A DNA stretch of 64,000 nucleotides from Selaginella moellendorffii (GCF_000143415.4 NW_003314388.1:186001-250000), one strand, 5' to 3'; shown: positions 50,346-63,078, counted from the first letter of the stretch. Made by a program: numbers and translations. Notes: generated from the sequence alone by a model not told the origin.

Positions 50346-52610
50346 AGTAGCTCGTAAGATTCTTCGTTTTGCACTAATTGAGAACTCCCCCTTTTTGCCC
50401 TGTCTATATAAAACGGTGGTACTTAGCTCAAGTTTAGGGCTCATCGGTGATAAAGGGCTAGAGCAGTGATGGATGCCGCGTCTTGGGGTTTCGCGACCCT
50501 TCCACTCTGCCCATTGATCGGAGCTCCAGGTAGGCCGCTTCGCCTCTCTCCCCTCACCGAGACGTCGCCCTACTGGGCGCCACAGCGGCAGCTCGTGAAC
50601 AACGGCTACCCTCGCAAGGTAAGTTCGTTTAGGTAGGGCTTTTCTTTGCGTTAGGAGTAAGACAGATTTGGAAAGCGAAGCTGCTTGCAACGAGCTAAGA
50701 GGTATGCTAGAGGCGATCAAGAAATCGTGTTGAAACTCGCAACGCTTGAAGGAACTCTCAACGCGAAGGGACACTCACCGACGTGGACAACGCTGTTTGA
50801 GTACGAACAAAACTAACGACCAACGATACTTGGTTTTACGTTGCCAGGTTCGCGTGTGTTTCGATTTGTTCTAATTTCTTGTCATTGAGAAGCCAAGTGA
50901 CATGCTGGTGCTGCCCAACGACAATAGGAACTGAAAAACGCCATGTCACAGCGTGTGCCAAGAAGAAAACTGCTACTAGATTGGAGAGATTTTGTGTCAA
51001 CGTTTTGGAGAGATTGTCAGCGCTTTGAGTTGTGTTGTTGCTGCGTTCAACGCAAGACCTGCGAGCTGAGAAACAACGGCGATCTCAGAACTTCAATCCA
51101 GCTGAAAATGTACATGACAATGGTCCAACCTCAATGAAAACAACGATCATGATCCGTCGCTGATCCTTGACAGGCCCGGTCCACTCGCACCTCTCCACCT
51201 CGCAGGGTAAGTTCGTTCAGTTTTCTTTGTGTTAGCAATAAGCGAGTAAGACAACGAAACGAGAGATTTGCTGGAGACAAGAAATATGCTCTAGAATGAT
51301 CAACGATAAAAGAGAGGCTAGAAGCAATCAAGAATTTTTTGAAACTCTCAACGTTTGAAGACGCTCTTTCTTTTCGATTGAGATTGTCGACGGGGTATGC
51401 TCAACGCAAAAGGGAGCCAGTGACACAGTCAAGCTAAGATGATATGCTCAAACAACTCAAACAAGCAAAGTGCAAGACAACGGGCCAAGGAACTCTCAAC
51501 GCGAAGGGAAACTCACCGATGTGGACAACGCCGTGTGAATACGAACAAAACTGACGATCAACGATACTTAGTTTCACGTTGCCAGGTTTGCGTGTGTTTC
51601 GATTTGTTCTAATTTCTTGTCATGAAGGGTGCTGCTCAACGACGATAAGAACTGAAAAACGCCATGTTACAGCGTGTGCCAAGAAGAGAAATGCTACTAG
51701 ATTGGAGAGATTTTGTGTCAACGTTTTGGAGAGATTGTCAGCGCTTTGTTGCTGCGTTCAACGCAAGACCTGCAAGCTGAGAAACAACGTTGGGAAACTG
51801 CGATCTTCAGAACTTAAATCCAGCTGAAGTTCTACCTGACAATGGTCCAACCTCAATGAAAACAACGATCAGGGCCGGTCAAGGATCAGCGACGGATCAA
51901 GTCCACTCTCGCCTCACAAGGTAAGTTCGTTTAATAAGCGAGTAAGACAACGAAACAAGAGAGATTTGCTGGAGACAAGAAATATGCTCTAGAATGATCA
52001 ACGATAAAAGAGGGGCTAGAAGCAATCAAGAATTTGTTGAAACTCTCAACGTTTGAAGACGCTCTTTCTTTTCGATTCAGATTGTCGACGGGGTATGCTC
52101 AACGCAAAAGGGAGCCAGTGACACAGTCAAGCTAAGATGATATGCTCAAACAACTTAAACAAGCTAAGCGCAAAACAACGGTCCAAGAAACTTTCAACGG
52201 GAAGGGAAACTTGTGAATACGAACAAATTAACGATCATTGAAAGTTGACATACTTAGCTTCATGTTGTCAGGTTTGTGTGTGTTTCAATTTGTTCTAATT
52301 TCTTGTCATGAAAAAGACAAGTGACATGTTGGTGCTGCTCAACCACGAGAACTAAAAAACGCTGTGTCTAAGAAGAAAAATGCTACGAGATTGGAGAGAT
52401 TCTATGTCAACATTTGGACAGATTGTCAGCAATGCGCTCAACGCAAGACCTGCGAGCTGAGAAACAACGTTGGACATCTGCGACTTCAGAACTTACATGA
52501 CAATGGTCCAACCTCAATGAAAACAACGATCATGAAAACTCCGGCTGTTCAAGGATATGGAAGTCGAAGTTTGACAGGTGCTTGTTCTAACCAAAATGCT
52601 TGTTCAACGA
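50346..52610. repeat. Inverted copy of the ARF downstream region plus ~3 tandem ~680-710-bp repeat units
   Basis: gctgagaaacaacg at 51065, 51776, 52456; reverse complement of ~140-1670. Confidence 0.85.
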
Positions 52611-52842
52611 ATTGAGAGGCTTCAACCCCAGGTCTATGTTCTCTTTAGTTTTCTTTATGGTTTCTCTAACTTTTGTTTTTGCAACACCATGAGATTGCAA
52701 CGGTGACATAGAACAACGTTCCATAACGATGGGTAGATGGAAGTGTACGCTTTGGCAGTGGCAAAACGAGACGATCTACAGAAAGCTACCCTGTGGTTTC
52801 CTTGAAAAGAAATGAATACATTTACAAACATTTGTCAAGTAG

Positions 52843-54940
52843 TTATAAAAAACACCACAGTAGCTTGCCAGAGACGAGCGTCTGGGCGCTGTGGCAGCTA
52901 CTCAAGAGCTCGTTAAACCTCTTGTAGCTGTCCGAGCTTGAAGACCTCGGGCTCGTCACTTCCAAAACTTCCAAGTCGATCCCCTCTGGCGTGAGCACGA
53001 GCAGCTTCGTGTCCTCTGTCCACGGCCGAGGAATTTCTTCCAGTCCAGTCGCTGCTGCCTGAGTGTTTTCATTCAGCCTTTTGTCCAGCCTTGCCACTAG
53101 CTCGTCCAGTCGTGCCTCTGGCTCCGTCTGAGGTAGCACTGCCCCTGTCCTTCGGAAGTAGCTCGAGCTCATCTCCGCTACTTGAGCTCGTGCCTGAGCA
53201 TAACGTCCTCTGGCTTTGAAGTTGCAGTATCACAGGCAGTCTCGGCCTCCTTGGTGTACTGCTGGTTGTATCTCTCCACAAAACTCACCTGGATCGACTC
53301 GGGGACGTTGCCACCTTGGAGCCGAGAAGCAAACGCGAGACTCTTTTTGTAGTCCCCTACCAGGCTCGCTGTTGGGACGCGTCCAGAAAATGCTCCGGAA
53401 CACCCGACGCCCGCGCGGCCACCTTCCGACCACTCGAGGCTCACTGCTCCATCCAAAATGCTGGCTGCGACACGGTTAGCCTCCGGTTCTTCGTAGCCGA
53501 GCTTGCTCAGGTACACTTCCAGTAGAGACATGTATTGAGCTCTCACGCAGTCGGGGAGCCGCCGCCGACAATGGTGAGAGAGCCAGAGCAAACGTGGTTC
53601 GTTCGTCAAGACGAGGAAAGGGAGGCAGTCGGCAGAGCTCCAGCGCGTAGAAAATTGGGTGCTAAGTCGCAAAGCTGTTCCAGCCTGCGGGAGGAGTGTC
53701 CTGATCCTTATACCAAGCTTCCGACGAGATCGAGGAGGCCAGTGACTGGGACTCGTACTGACAGCATTTGTCACCTCCGCTGTAGCGTCGTGGAGCGCTT
53801 TGCTGAAAACGTAGTCTCCGGGACCGGCTTTGGTTTCTTCCCGTGACGAGTTTAACGTAGAGTAGAGCTTTTCTGCCACCAAGTCGCGGAGATCCACAGC
53901 TGAGCCGGCGCTAAAGTCGCGAGCCACTCAATACCCCTGGCTAGAGTCTCACTGCAGTAGAACCCGTGTTCACTTTTCCCAGTGATCGATAAAATTATCC
54001 AGCTACTGATCTTGTCGCCGTCCAATCTGTGTAGCTGAAGCAGCAGTGCCAACTCTTCTTCTGGTGGCGGCCTTCTGTTCAGATCGCCTTCGTCTGATCC
54101 AAAGCCACTTGAAAATACCAACAGCGGCACAGACGTCCCGGTTGGAAGAGATTCCACCAGCGAATGTAGCTTGCTGCGCATCCTACTTAGAGGCGAGCCT
54201 TCGTCAACCAACAAGAGAGCGCTTGCCCCGTTGATACTTGGCTGGAAGCTTCTGTCGAGACCAATCTCGCAATGGCACGTTTTCGACGTTGCTCGAGACG
54301 TAGCATGCTACTGTGTTCCCTTCCAGATTTCTGATCAGCTTCGACCTCAGCCACTGCGCCGGAAGCTCACTGCCTCGTCCCTTGGACGAATTGTCTCCCA
54401 TGCGGAAAACCAGTTTCCAGTAAATAGTTCTCGCCCGTGGATTCTTAGCTCTGAGAACCGGAGAAACTATTTCCGGCACGTCCAAGAACTCCCACATGCT
54501 GTTGAGAGGCGAGACTCGATGCGTTTTTAAGTCTTCTTTGGCGAGTCCTTGCTTTGTAAGTCGAGTAACGTACTTTCGTCCGTGTTGGATCGGCAAGCCA
54601 AGGATCATTGATGACAGAGCCGCTCGGGCTCGTAGTTTTCGCAATCTGGCAGCCTCCATATCATCAGTCTTATGCTTCCACCTCCTACAAAAACCACTTA
54701 AACGTTTCACGGGGAAAAAGAAAAAAGTCTGAGTCAATACAAACCGGAACCACGTACTTGCTTCCTCGAGCTTCACCCTCTCTTCTTCTTGTCGAGCTTC
54801 TTTCAGTAGAGCTTCTTCTTGTTTCCTTAACTCCTCAGGTTCTTCGTTGGAATAATTTTTCATAGTAGGAATATTCGGCAAATGATTCTCTCCCTCACTC
54901 TTGCTCAAATGTACCTCGAGAGTTTCTCGCGCTGCGACGA
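52843..54940 (-). pseudogene. C-terminal half of SAC3 family protein B (GANP/MCM3AP-like), frameshifted
   Basis: RRWK...ARAALSSMILGLPI, LDVPEIV..L..KNPRARTIYWKL, GASALLLVDE, LHSLVESLPTGTSVPLLVFS, GFYCSETLARGIEWLA, SHWPP spread over four frames; no SAC3/PCI N-terminal domain seen. Confidence 0.65.
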
Positions 54941-54952
54941 TGGCAGCTCCTC

Positions 54953-56434
54953 TCAAGAACAACAAATCTCACGACTGGATGCCCGCCACGAGTCGAGGTC
55001 CTCATCCTGCTCGCTCAATGCGAGCTCGGAGAACATGGCATACGCCGAGGACATCATGGGATTGAGCAGCGTGATCTCCCCCGCCGCTCTGGCGCCTCGA
55101 TCCGCCTCCCCAAACATCTTGCACGCATCCAGAAACGCCGTCCAGGCGACCACATCTGCGATCACCGGCATCGTGTCGAGCAATTCCTCCGCCAGATCGA
55201 GGCGCCCGGCCTTGCACAGCACGCTCACCATGCACCCGTAGTGGCCCGGATCGCAGGCCACGCCGTGATCGCCCGCCATGGACACGAGGTAATCCCTCGC
55301 CGGATCGAGGAGCCCTAGATGCGCGCACGCCGCCAGCACGCCCATCATCGTCTGCCCGTCAATGCCCACGCCCTCGAGCAGCATCTCCAGGAAGAGATCC
55401 AGGGCGTCGGATCCGCGGCCGTACTGCGCGTGCCCCTGGATCGCGATCGTCCACGTGGCTACCGTGCGGTGCTCCATGGCGGAGAACAGCCTCCTCACCT
55501 CGTCAAGATCCCCGGTCCGGGAATATCCCTCGAGCAGCGCATTCCACGCGATCACGTCCACCGCGGAGAGGTATCGCAGCATCTCTCTCGCGCCGCGGAG
55601 CTCGCCTTGGTCGGAGAGCACGGCGGTCATCGCGGTGAAGGCGATCGAGTCGCGCTGGGGCATCCGATCGAAGCTTTTCTTGGCAAGATCCAGATGCCCG
55701 TTCTGGGCATAGGTGAGGAGCAGCAAGGACCAAGACGCCGCATTGCGCAGCTTGATCTGCGCGAAGAGCCCTTCGGCGAGATCGACGCGGGCGTTCTTCC
55801 CATAGGCCGCGATCATCGCGTTGCAAGCAGTGGCGTCGCGATCGCCGGCGCCACCGATCCGATCGAAGAGCTCCTGTGCCTCGGCCAGATGCCCGTTGTG
55901 GGCATATCCCTGGAGGACCGACGTGCAAGTGACCGTGTCCCAGAGCGGCATCCGGCGGAAGAGCGCGCTGGCCTCCTCGAGCCGGTCGTGCCGCGCGTAG
56001 CCCGCGACGAGGATCGCCCAGCTCACCACGTCCCGGCCGGAGATCATCCCGTGGAAGAGCTCGCGCGCGTCGTCCAGGCGATTGATGCGCGCGTAGGCCG
56101 CGATCATGATGTTCCAGGTGAAGGCGTCGAATCCCGGCATGGAGTCGAAGAGGGCGCGCGCGTCGTGGATCCGGGAGCTGCTCACGTACGCCTGGATGAT
56201 GCAGCTCCACGAGTACTCGTTGGGCAGCCGGACGCGATTGAACACCGCGCGCGCGGCGTCGGGGTCGCCGCATTTGCCGAAGAGGTCGATGAGGAGATTG
56301 GTGAGGCGGCGGTTGTCGCCGTGGGGGCTGCGGGCGATCTCGTCGTGGAGGATCTTGGCTTCGTGGAGCTTCCGCCCGATGGCGCACGCCCTGATGCGCT
56401 CCTCGAATCTCCTCGCCAGGGCCGCGGCTGCCAT
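54953..56434 (-). CDS. PLS-class PPR protein with truncated E domain, no DYW
   Basis: Single-exon ORF with tandem short PPR motifs (WNIMIAAYAR, WNALLEGYSR), HYGCMVSVLCKAGRL, AWTAFLDACK; first ATG at 56434. Confidence 0.88.
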   Translation of the reverse strand: MAAAALARRFEERIRACAIGRKLHEAKILHDEIARSPHGDNRRLTNLLIDLFGKCGDPDAARAVFNRVRLPNEYSWSCIIQAYVSSSRIHDARALFDSMPGFDAFTWNIMIAAYARINRLDDARELFHGMISGRDVVSWAILVAGYARHDRLEEASALFRRMPLWDTVTCTSVLQGYAHNGHLAEAQELFDRIGGAGDRDATACNAMIAAYGKNARVDLAEGLFAQIKLRNAASWSLLLLTYAQNGHLDLAKKSFDRMPQRDSIAFTAMTAVLSDQGELRGAREMLRYLSAVDVIAWNALLEGYSRTGDLDEVRRLFSAMEHRTVATWTIAIQGHAQYGRGSDALDLFLEMLLEGVGIDGQTMMGVLAACAHLGLLDPARDYLVSMAGDHGVACDPGHYGCMVSVLCKAGRLDLAEELLDTMPVIADVVAWTAFLDACKMFGEADRGARAAGEITLLNPMMSSAYAMFSELALSEQDEDLDSWRASSREICCS

Positions 56435-56799
56435 CCCCCATTTCACAATGTCATTCCAAGAACCCTAGATTTACTTCTCTTTTTTTTTTTCCTTTGGAGC
56501 TCCAGGAGTGGACACATGGCTGTGGAGAGATTTGTGCCAGTGCTCTGTAGCTGCGAGCTTAGAATCTTCTAAAGATTTAAGAGAACGATCTAAAAGATTC
56601 ATGTTCGTTTAACATGGCGAGTTCTTAATGTCGGAACTCAAGAGCTAGAGGTTTTAAAATGATAAAACTCAACGCAGCTCAACGTCCAAGGAAAACGTGA
56701 AACGAGCTCCTTTTTTAAGAGGACGCTGTGATCACTTGGAAGAGGCTGCTGGAGACGAACGAGACGATTCCGTAGGCTAAGATCAAGGCGATTAACAAT

Positions 56800-56975
56800 T
56801 CCTCAACGTTTGAAGATGCTAGGTTCGCTGTTTCTTTTCTATTTAAAATGCCAATGGCGAGAGACAAACGACACAGTGACACAGTCAAAGATGGTATGCT
56901 CAATGTAAACAACTCAAACAAGCTGAATGCAAAAAAAAAAACAGCCCAAGGAACTCCCTGCGTGAAGGGAAGAAA
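56800..56975. repeat. Partial copy of the 680-bp repeat family
   Basis: ctcaacgtttgaagatgct...cagtgacacagtcaa...aacaactcaaacaagc...ccaaggaactc matches 51347-51510. Confidence 0.7.
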
Positions 56976-57963
56976 CGCTTGCCATTGAAGACAGTGATAA
57001 CTGGACTGCCTGTCAATAAGAAAACAACACATGAAAAACAAGGATCAGTAAAAGTCGAGACGGAAGTCGAGAACGAGTTCATCTTACCCCCGTGTTCTTT
57101 AATTTGCTCTAATTCTGCCCCAAGCGACACTTTGTGCACGATAATAGGCACAGTGATCACAGGAGTTTCTTTCGTTTTCTTTGGGACAACTAAACAAGGC
57201 TACTTGAACTGCAAAAGTTTCAAGAACAACTCAATGAAGAAATCTATGCATACACCGATTCGCTGCCTGTCTCCCAGTTTTCCTTTTACTTCGGATCTTC
57301 CGGGTTGGAATGCTGGTAATGAGATTTGTCCTCTTATTGTTTTCTCTTTTTCTGTACTGGTTCGAGGTTTTATAGCGTCTTACACTCGATGGCTACCCAA
57401 AGGAAAGTTTGTTCTAAAATTCTTGCCGATAGATGCTCTATTCAAGAGTCTCCATGGTTGCGCTGAGACTTTTTACTTTCGAATTGGCTCGCTGGACTGA
57501 TTATTCACTTTAGAGCGTCGAGAGTTGCTCAGAGCAAGGTGAGAATAGCTCCATTGTCTGATGCCTCTATCTTTCACAGGTGAGCACGTCTTTACAATTT
57601 GTCTTCCCGGTAATTGTCGAGCGACAAGGCCCGCAATGTAAGCTATCAATCGCGAGAGTGTTCTGATTTTCGCTTGAAGGTTTCTCGGTTTCGTACAATC
57701 GAATCAAGACTTTGTCTGATTTACGGTGTATTCTAGGTAGGTAAGCTCAAGCTTTTGGCGTAAGCGTGGTGGTCGTTTCCTCCCGACTTTTTCTTCTCCT
57801 TAACGCGTTTTCATAGATCATTTTCCAGGAGCTCGAAAGTCAATGATATTCACGTATAGAAACAATCCAAGCTATACAAAACAATGACAAGAAAAGAAAA
57901 GAATATCGGGAGCAGCGAAAAACACTCCACTGAGGAAGAAGAAATGGCTATGGAGTTGACAAG

Positions 57964-58943
57964 CTAAGCCTTGCCGTAGTAGTAGCCACCATGGCCATAG
58001 TTCCCTTGCCTGCGGGCGTTTCTAAAGGCGCAGCAGCCAATGGAGTAGACGACGACGAGCAAGACGAGGACAACGGCATTGACTATGGCGACGCTCTTGT
58101 ATTTGGACTTGATGTTTTGGATGAGGCCGGCCTTGCAGGAATCGCAGTTGTAGCAGAGCTGGCTGCGATCGTTGCTCCAGGTCGTGCAATCGCGCTCAGT
58201 GGCGTTCGCGGGAGCCGTGGTCGGGGATGGAAGCCAGGTGGTGGCGTTTTGAAACTGGAAGTTACAATCGGTGGGGGGTTTGCAGCATCCGGACTGGAAA
58301 CCAAAACAAATCGATGAGAAATCCGAGAGCATTGATCGGAATTGGAGAAGATTTGGAGTGCAATGCCAGGAAGAACTCAAGACAAAAACAGAGGATCCAA
58401 ATTGGGAGAAGAATGAGATTTGGGGAGGAATTGCGTGTGACTGACCTGGATTGGCGAGAGATTGGCCGCGTAGAACCGGTCCCGGGTGTTGTAATCGCCG
58501 TCGAGATCGTTGCAGACCCTGGAATCCCTGAGGCAGCTGCCGATCCGGCGCCAGTTTCTGGGCTTCTCCACATATCGCTGGAGCCACGTCGAGTAGTCCC
58601 CGAGGCGGTAGTCCTTGTAGCCGCGATTGGAGAGCGCGTGGCCGGCGCCCCTGTTGGTGACGACGAAGGCGAGCGCGGTGAAGATGAGGAGGAGGAGGAT
58701 GAGCAAGAACATGGCGAAGAGGTAGAACCAGAGGAGCCACGCGACGCGGCAGCAGCCGCCGATGAATCCCGCGATGGAGACGACGAGGATGAAGACGCCA
58801 ATGGCGATCACGGGCCACTGGAGGAATCGCACGCACTCGGTGTCGCCCTTGGAGGCGAGCCAGATTCCAGCGCCGATGATCGGGATGGAGAGCACCAACG
58901 TGCAGAAGTTGATGATCCCGGTGACATAGTTGCTGGCGCCCAT
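57964..58943 (-). CDS. TET: Tetraspanin (TET7/8/9-like); exons 58943-58446 and 58293-57964
   Basis: MGASNYVTGIINF..., YKDYRLGDYSTWLQ, LSPIQ|SGCCKPP, WSNDRSQLCYNCDSCKAG, YSIGCCAFRN. Confidence 0.96.
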
Positions 58944-59760
58944 GGCTGCCGCGCTCGATCGATGGAATGATTGAATGAATCGCGGCGAGAATTACACTCT
59001 ATCGATCAACGAGAATGGAGAAAAAGAGGCAATGTGAGGAGGATGGAAGGCAGCCCCACGCGCGACGTCTTCTATACATAGCTCAAGACGCGTTCGCAAG
59101 TGTGGTGACATTGCTAGGCTCCTTCGGTGACGACCTCCAATCTCGACTTTGTCAAAGACTTTCTTCTGGACTTGAATTGACTCATCCAACGGTTGGCAAA
59201 GCGCCAATTAGATTTCCACGTGGCATACGTTTGGAACCCCACGTGTCTTGTCGCCACGTAGGATCCAACAGCTCTAAGAATATGCGACTTATCCGACGGC
59301 TGCCAAGCCTCAACTAGATCTCGACGTGTCATATGTTCTGGAGCCCCATGTGTGCCTAACGCCACGCCGGATTCGAACAGACCTTTTAGCCAAACTTTGG
59401 AATTTCCCTAAATTTGAACCGGCCTTTTTGCTAAACATCGTCCGGGAGTTTTTGTCGGGATCTTACTAATTGTTGACCCTTTTTGACCATTGGGGCTTTG
59501 CCAATTCAACCCCGTGATCGGATTGTATCCCCCGAATATGCCCCTTGCCACGTAGCGCAGTTTTCCACAATGGGAAGAAGGCTCCTGTCAGCCTGACACA
59601 AACTCACACCCAGCTTGGCCTCCTTGCTTAATAGTTGTGTTTGCTTCATATCTATCGCTTCGCTAGGGCTCCACCAATCGAGCACGAGAGAGGAGCGATC
59701 GCAAGAGAGCACAAGCTTGAGGGCAAGGATAGAGAGAGAAAGTGAGAAGAGAGGTCGGTG

Positions 59761-60810
59761 ATGCAAATCGATGGCGGCCTCCAGGCGGACCGAGTGACGC
59801 TGGATCGGGAAGATCGATCAGGTGAGCAGGAGATCGAGTGGCGGCAGCGGGAGGAGGAGGAGGAGGAAGAGGAGGAAGAGGCGGTCGAGGAGGAGGAGAA
59901 GGAGGAGGAGGAGGAGGAGGAGGAGGAGGAGGAGGAGGAGGAGGCCAGGAGGAACGATGATGCACGGAAGGATTGGAGGGAGGAATTGGTGGAGGAGGAG
60001 GCGGCGAGGGAGCTGGCGGCCACGGATTTCCTGAGCGCCGGGTGCCAGCACTCTACTTCCCGATCGTCGGCCTCTGTAGCGTCAGATCAGGACCAGGCGG
60101 CCGAGGTGGCCACGCCCACGCCAGCGTCTACGGCCGCCACGCAATCGAGCCCCTGCCGCCACTTCTCCTGCACCTTTTGCGACCGCAAATTCTCAAGCTC
60201 CCAGGCGCTGGGCGGCCACCAAAATGCGCACAAGCGCGAGAGGTCGGCGGCCCGCCGGGCTCTCCGCTGCCACACCAGCAACCTCGCCAGCTTCAACGGC
60301 TCCTGGTCGCGGTACCACCACCAGAACCACGGCGGTGGCGGTGCAAGATTCTCCGGTGGCGCCGCTCCCTTCCGCGTCCAGTCCATGGGACTCCAAGCCC
60401 ACTCCACGACGCCAATGGTGGCCAACACTATGTGCGTCCCGCAGCCGGCGGCGGCGGCAGCCAGCTCCCAACATCCGGGAGCTGCCGCGTGGTCGTCGCT
60501 GTCCCCAAGAGCAAACATCGGGAAGTCCAGTTCCCTGCGACAGCCGGCGATGACGTTTGCACGGCCCGCCGGCGCTGCCAGCTTCCGCACGGGTGAGTTC
60601 ATGCGTCGGTGTGTCGACGAGAACTTCCGGAAGTCCAAGCCGGTCAATGGCTACAGCCATGGTCAAGGCCAAAATGGTGATAGCCAGAATGGTGGTGGTG
60701 GCGGTGGTGGTGGTAACTATGGTGGCGGTGGCGGTGACGGTGGCGGTGGCGGTGGCGGTGGCGGTAGCGCTGGTGGTGGCATAGATTTGTCGCTCCGGCT
60801 TGGATTATAA
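59761..60810 (+). CDS. Single C2H2 (QALGGH) zinc-finger repressor with C-terminal EAR motif (ZFP/GIS-like)
   Basis: [27 protein letters not shown]; DLSLRL EAR; poly-Glu (GAG)n at ~59851-59943 and poly-Gly tract. Confidence 0.93.
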   Translation: MQIDGGLQADRVTLDREDRSGEQEIEWRQREEEEEEEEEEAVEEEEKEEEEEEEEEEEEEEARRNDDARKDWREELVEEEAARELAATDFLSAGCQHSTSRSSASVASDQDQAAEVATPTPASTAATQSSPCRHFSCTFCDRKFSSSQALGGHQNAHKRERSAARRALRCHTSNLASFNGSWSRYHHQNHGGGGARFSGGAAPFRVQSMGLQAHSTTPMVANTMCVPQPAAAAASSQHPGAAAWSSLSPRANIGKSSSLRQPAMTFARPAGAASFRTGEFMRRCVDENFRKSKPVNGYSHGQGQNGDSQNGGGGGGGGNYGGGGGDGGGGGGGGGSAGGGIDLSLRLGL

Positions 60811-61018
60811 CTTATAAAAATTGTGAATTTACTATGCTCAAAATTGGCGAGTTTGGATGGATCCAACGGCTGCATGCGTGCGACACGTGCAAGGAATCTT
60901 ATACTGATTTGAGGGCATTTAGCTTTCGAAAAAACCCAACGGCCAGCGTCGCTTTACCCGCTTGCTATTGGCCCCCTCCATCAACGGAGCTAGGGTTTAT
61001 AGAGATAGAGCAGAGGCG

Positions 61019-62961
61019 ATGAGGAGATCGTCGCCAATGCTGGTCGCCAGGCGCACGCCGTCCCCTTCCTCCTCCTCTTCGATCTCCTCTGCCACCGCTT
61101 CCGGAGCTACATTGTCGCAATCTCGATCGCTGCCGGCGAGCATTCACCCGCAGCAGCTGGGCACGGGCGAGGAATCGGCCGCCAACGGTGGCATTGCGCC
61201 AGCTCCAGCTCCTCCCCATTCCTCCGAGGCTAGGGTTTTCAGGCGGGCCGTTTCGGTCCCGGATCGTATCATGCCGGCTGTGGCAGGAGTGCCCGATTCC
61301 ATGGACATCGACGAGGAGAGCGTCAGGAACGCCATTCTCTCTCGGATGCAAGCCGAGGAGAATGGCCGCTCCGCGAGGCGATTGAGGTACGATAAGCTCT
61401 CGCGATCGGAGGATCAGATGGTGAGACGTAGCGGAGAAGCCATGGCCTTTTCCATGCGAAATGGTAGTGCTAAAAAGCAGCGGGGCGATGCGGTGCGTGA
61501 GAGAAATGGTGGCAATGGTGGTGGGAATGTGGAGGTGCCTTGCGAGCAGACTGTGGAGGGGAATGTGCTGAGGCAACCGGTTCCTGTGGCGGTGAAGGTT
61601 GAGCCCGTGGAACCGGAGAGCGATCCAATCCAGCTCAAAGCCAGTCCAGTCCAGAAGAATTCTCGTCAGTTCAAGCAAAAGGCCACCGAGCTGTTTGCTT
61701 CGCTGCCGTCGTCTTTTTCATTCGGTGGACGCGCCAGTAGCGTCAATGGATCGCCCTCTTTTCATTCCAGACCTCCGGGAAGAGGTGAGGGTGTTTGTCT
61801 AGTCTCGAGTGTAAGTTTAGACCTGACGATATAGTCTTTGATTTGAAAGCCTTGTCTTTCTTTTTCTCTTTGACATTTACGACGTCTTTTACAGATCAAA
61901 GTTCACACAAGGAGGACTGGATGCAGCTTGTCAGTAAGTGTTTCGATTGCGATGATCCATTCCTGTGACCTTTTTTGATTCTGGCAGTGAACGTGATACT
62001 GTGGCGCGATTTCTCGACGTCGTCGCTCATTTTTGGAGCTGGCGCTTTTGCCATTTTGTCTGCCTCGCTTATGCAAGATATCCATTTGAAGTGAGTGATT
62101 CTATTCTGAAGCTTTTTGCTAAATCGTCCCGTTTTGCAGCATTGTCACGACTCTGTCGTACTTGGCATTGACGTATTTATCGGCTGTTTTCTTCAGAATT
62201 AACATTCTGAGAAGGTTCTCCACCAAAGTGCTGTCACACTAACTTTTGAAATGGTCCGTGTAGAGCGCCGTCTTCTTCAAGCGATTCCTGGAAGATAAGT
62301 GAAGCCGCAGCGTTGGAGCTGACAAGAGGCGCACTGCCAGCTTTCAATGCCGTGCTTTTTAAGTTTTCGCAGCTATTCTCTGGTGATCCGGGGACGACGC
62401 TCAAGGTTTTTTGGTAGTACACGCTCCAAATCTCTGTGATACTTGTATTTTTGCAGGTTGCCGCAACTCTGTGGTGCGTAGCTCATGTGGGGTATTGGAT
62501 GTCACTGTGGAATATCTTCCGACTTGGTAAGCGCTGTCGCCTTTCCATCTCGCAGTCGCATGATCCCGTATGCTGTAGCGTTCTTTGGAGCCTTCCTTGT
62601 GCCAAAGTTCTACGTGTCGTACACGGCTCAACTCCACGAAAAAGGTGAGAGCATTGACTCCGTGGTCCGTGTTTTCCTCGTTGACAAACACATCAAATGC
62701 AGGGATTCATCTCGTGTCCCACTTGAGTTCCGGCTGGGAGAGTTGTCCTCACAAGAAAATGGTGGCCGGGGTCGCTGCTGTTCTCATTTGGAAATTTCTC
62801 TCCATGTCTTCAAGGTTTTGGATCGGTATGGTCTTCGTTTGGTATCTAGCGCGGGGATTTATGTCTCGTGTTTTGCAGCATTCTTCTCTCTAGTGGCATT
62901 CAAGCAGTACCAGAACTATCGCTCGGAAGTTCCTTGCGAGGCCATAAAAAAGGAACACTAG
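61019..62961 (+). CDS. Reticulon-like protein with long N-terminal extension (RTNLB17/18/21-like), multi-exon
   Basis: Long exon 1 to ~61783; reticulon domain pieces ILWRDFSTSSLIFGAGAF, LFSGDPGTTLK, VAATLWCVAHVG, FFGAFLVPKFYVSY; stop at 62961. Confidence 0.82.
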
Positions 62962-63005
62962 GAAGGATAAATTGAACGTATATAAGCGCGTTATTAGCGA
63001 GATTG

Positions 63006-63078
63006 TTCCGTTGCCGGGACTTGAACCCGGGTCGCTCGGGTGAGAGCCGAGTATCCTGACCAACTAGACTACAACGGA
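63006..63078 (-). tRNA. trnE-CUC: tRNA-Glu (CTC)
   Basis: TCCGTTGTAGTCTAGTTGGTCAGGATACTCGGCTCTCACCCGAGCGACCCGGGTTCAAGTCCCGGCAACGGAA; cloverleaf, A and B boxes, anticodon CTC. Confidence 0.97.

Noticed and set aside
55319-56572. 417-aa plus-strand ORF (also 45207-46160, 60965-61678, 58227-58970 and similar)
   Set aside because: Antisense or alternative-frame shadows of GC-rich coding genes; no independent domain signature
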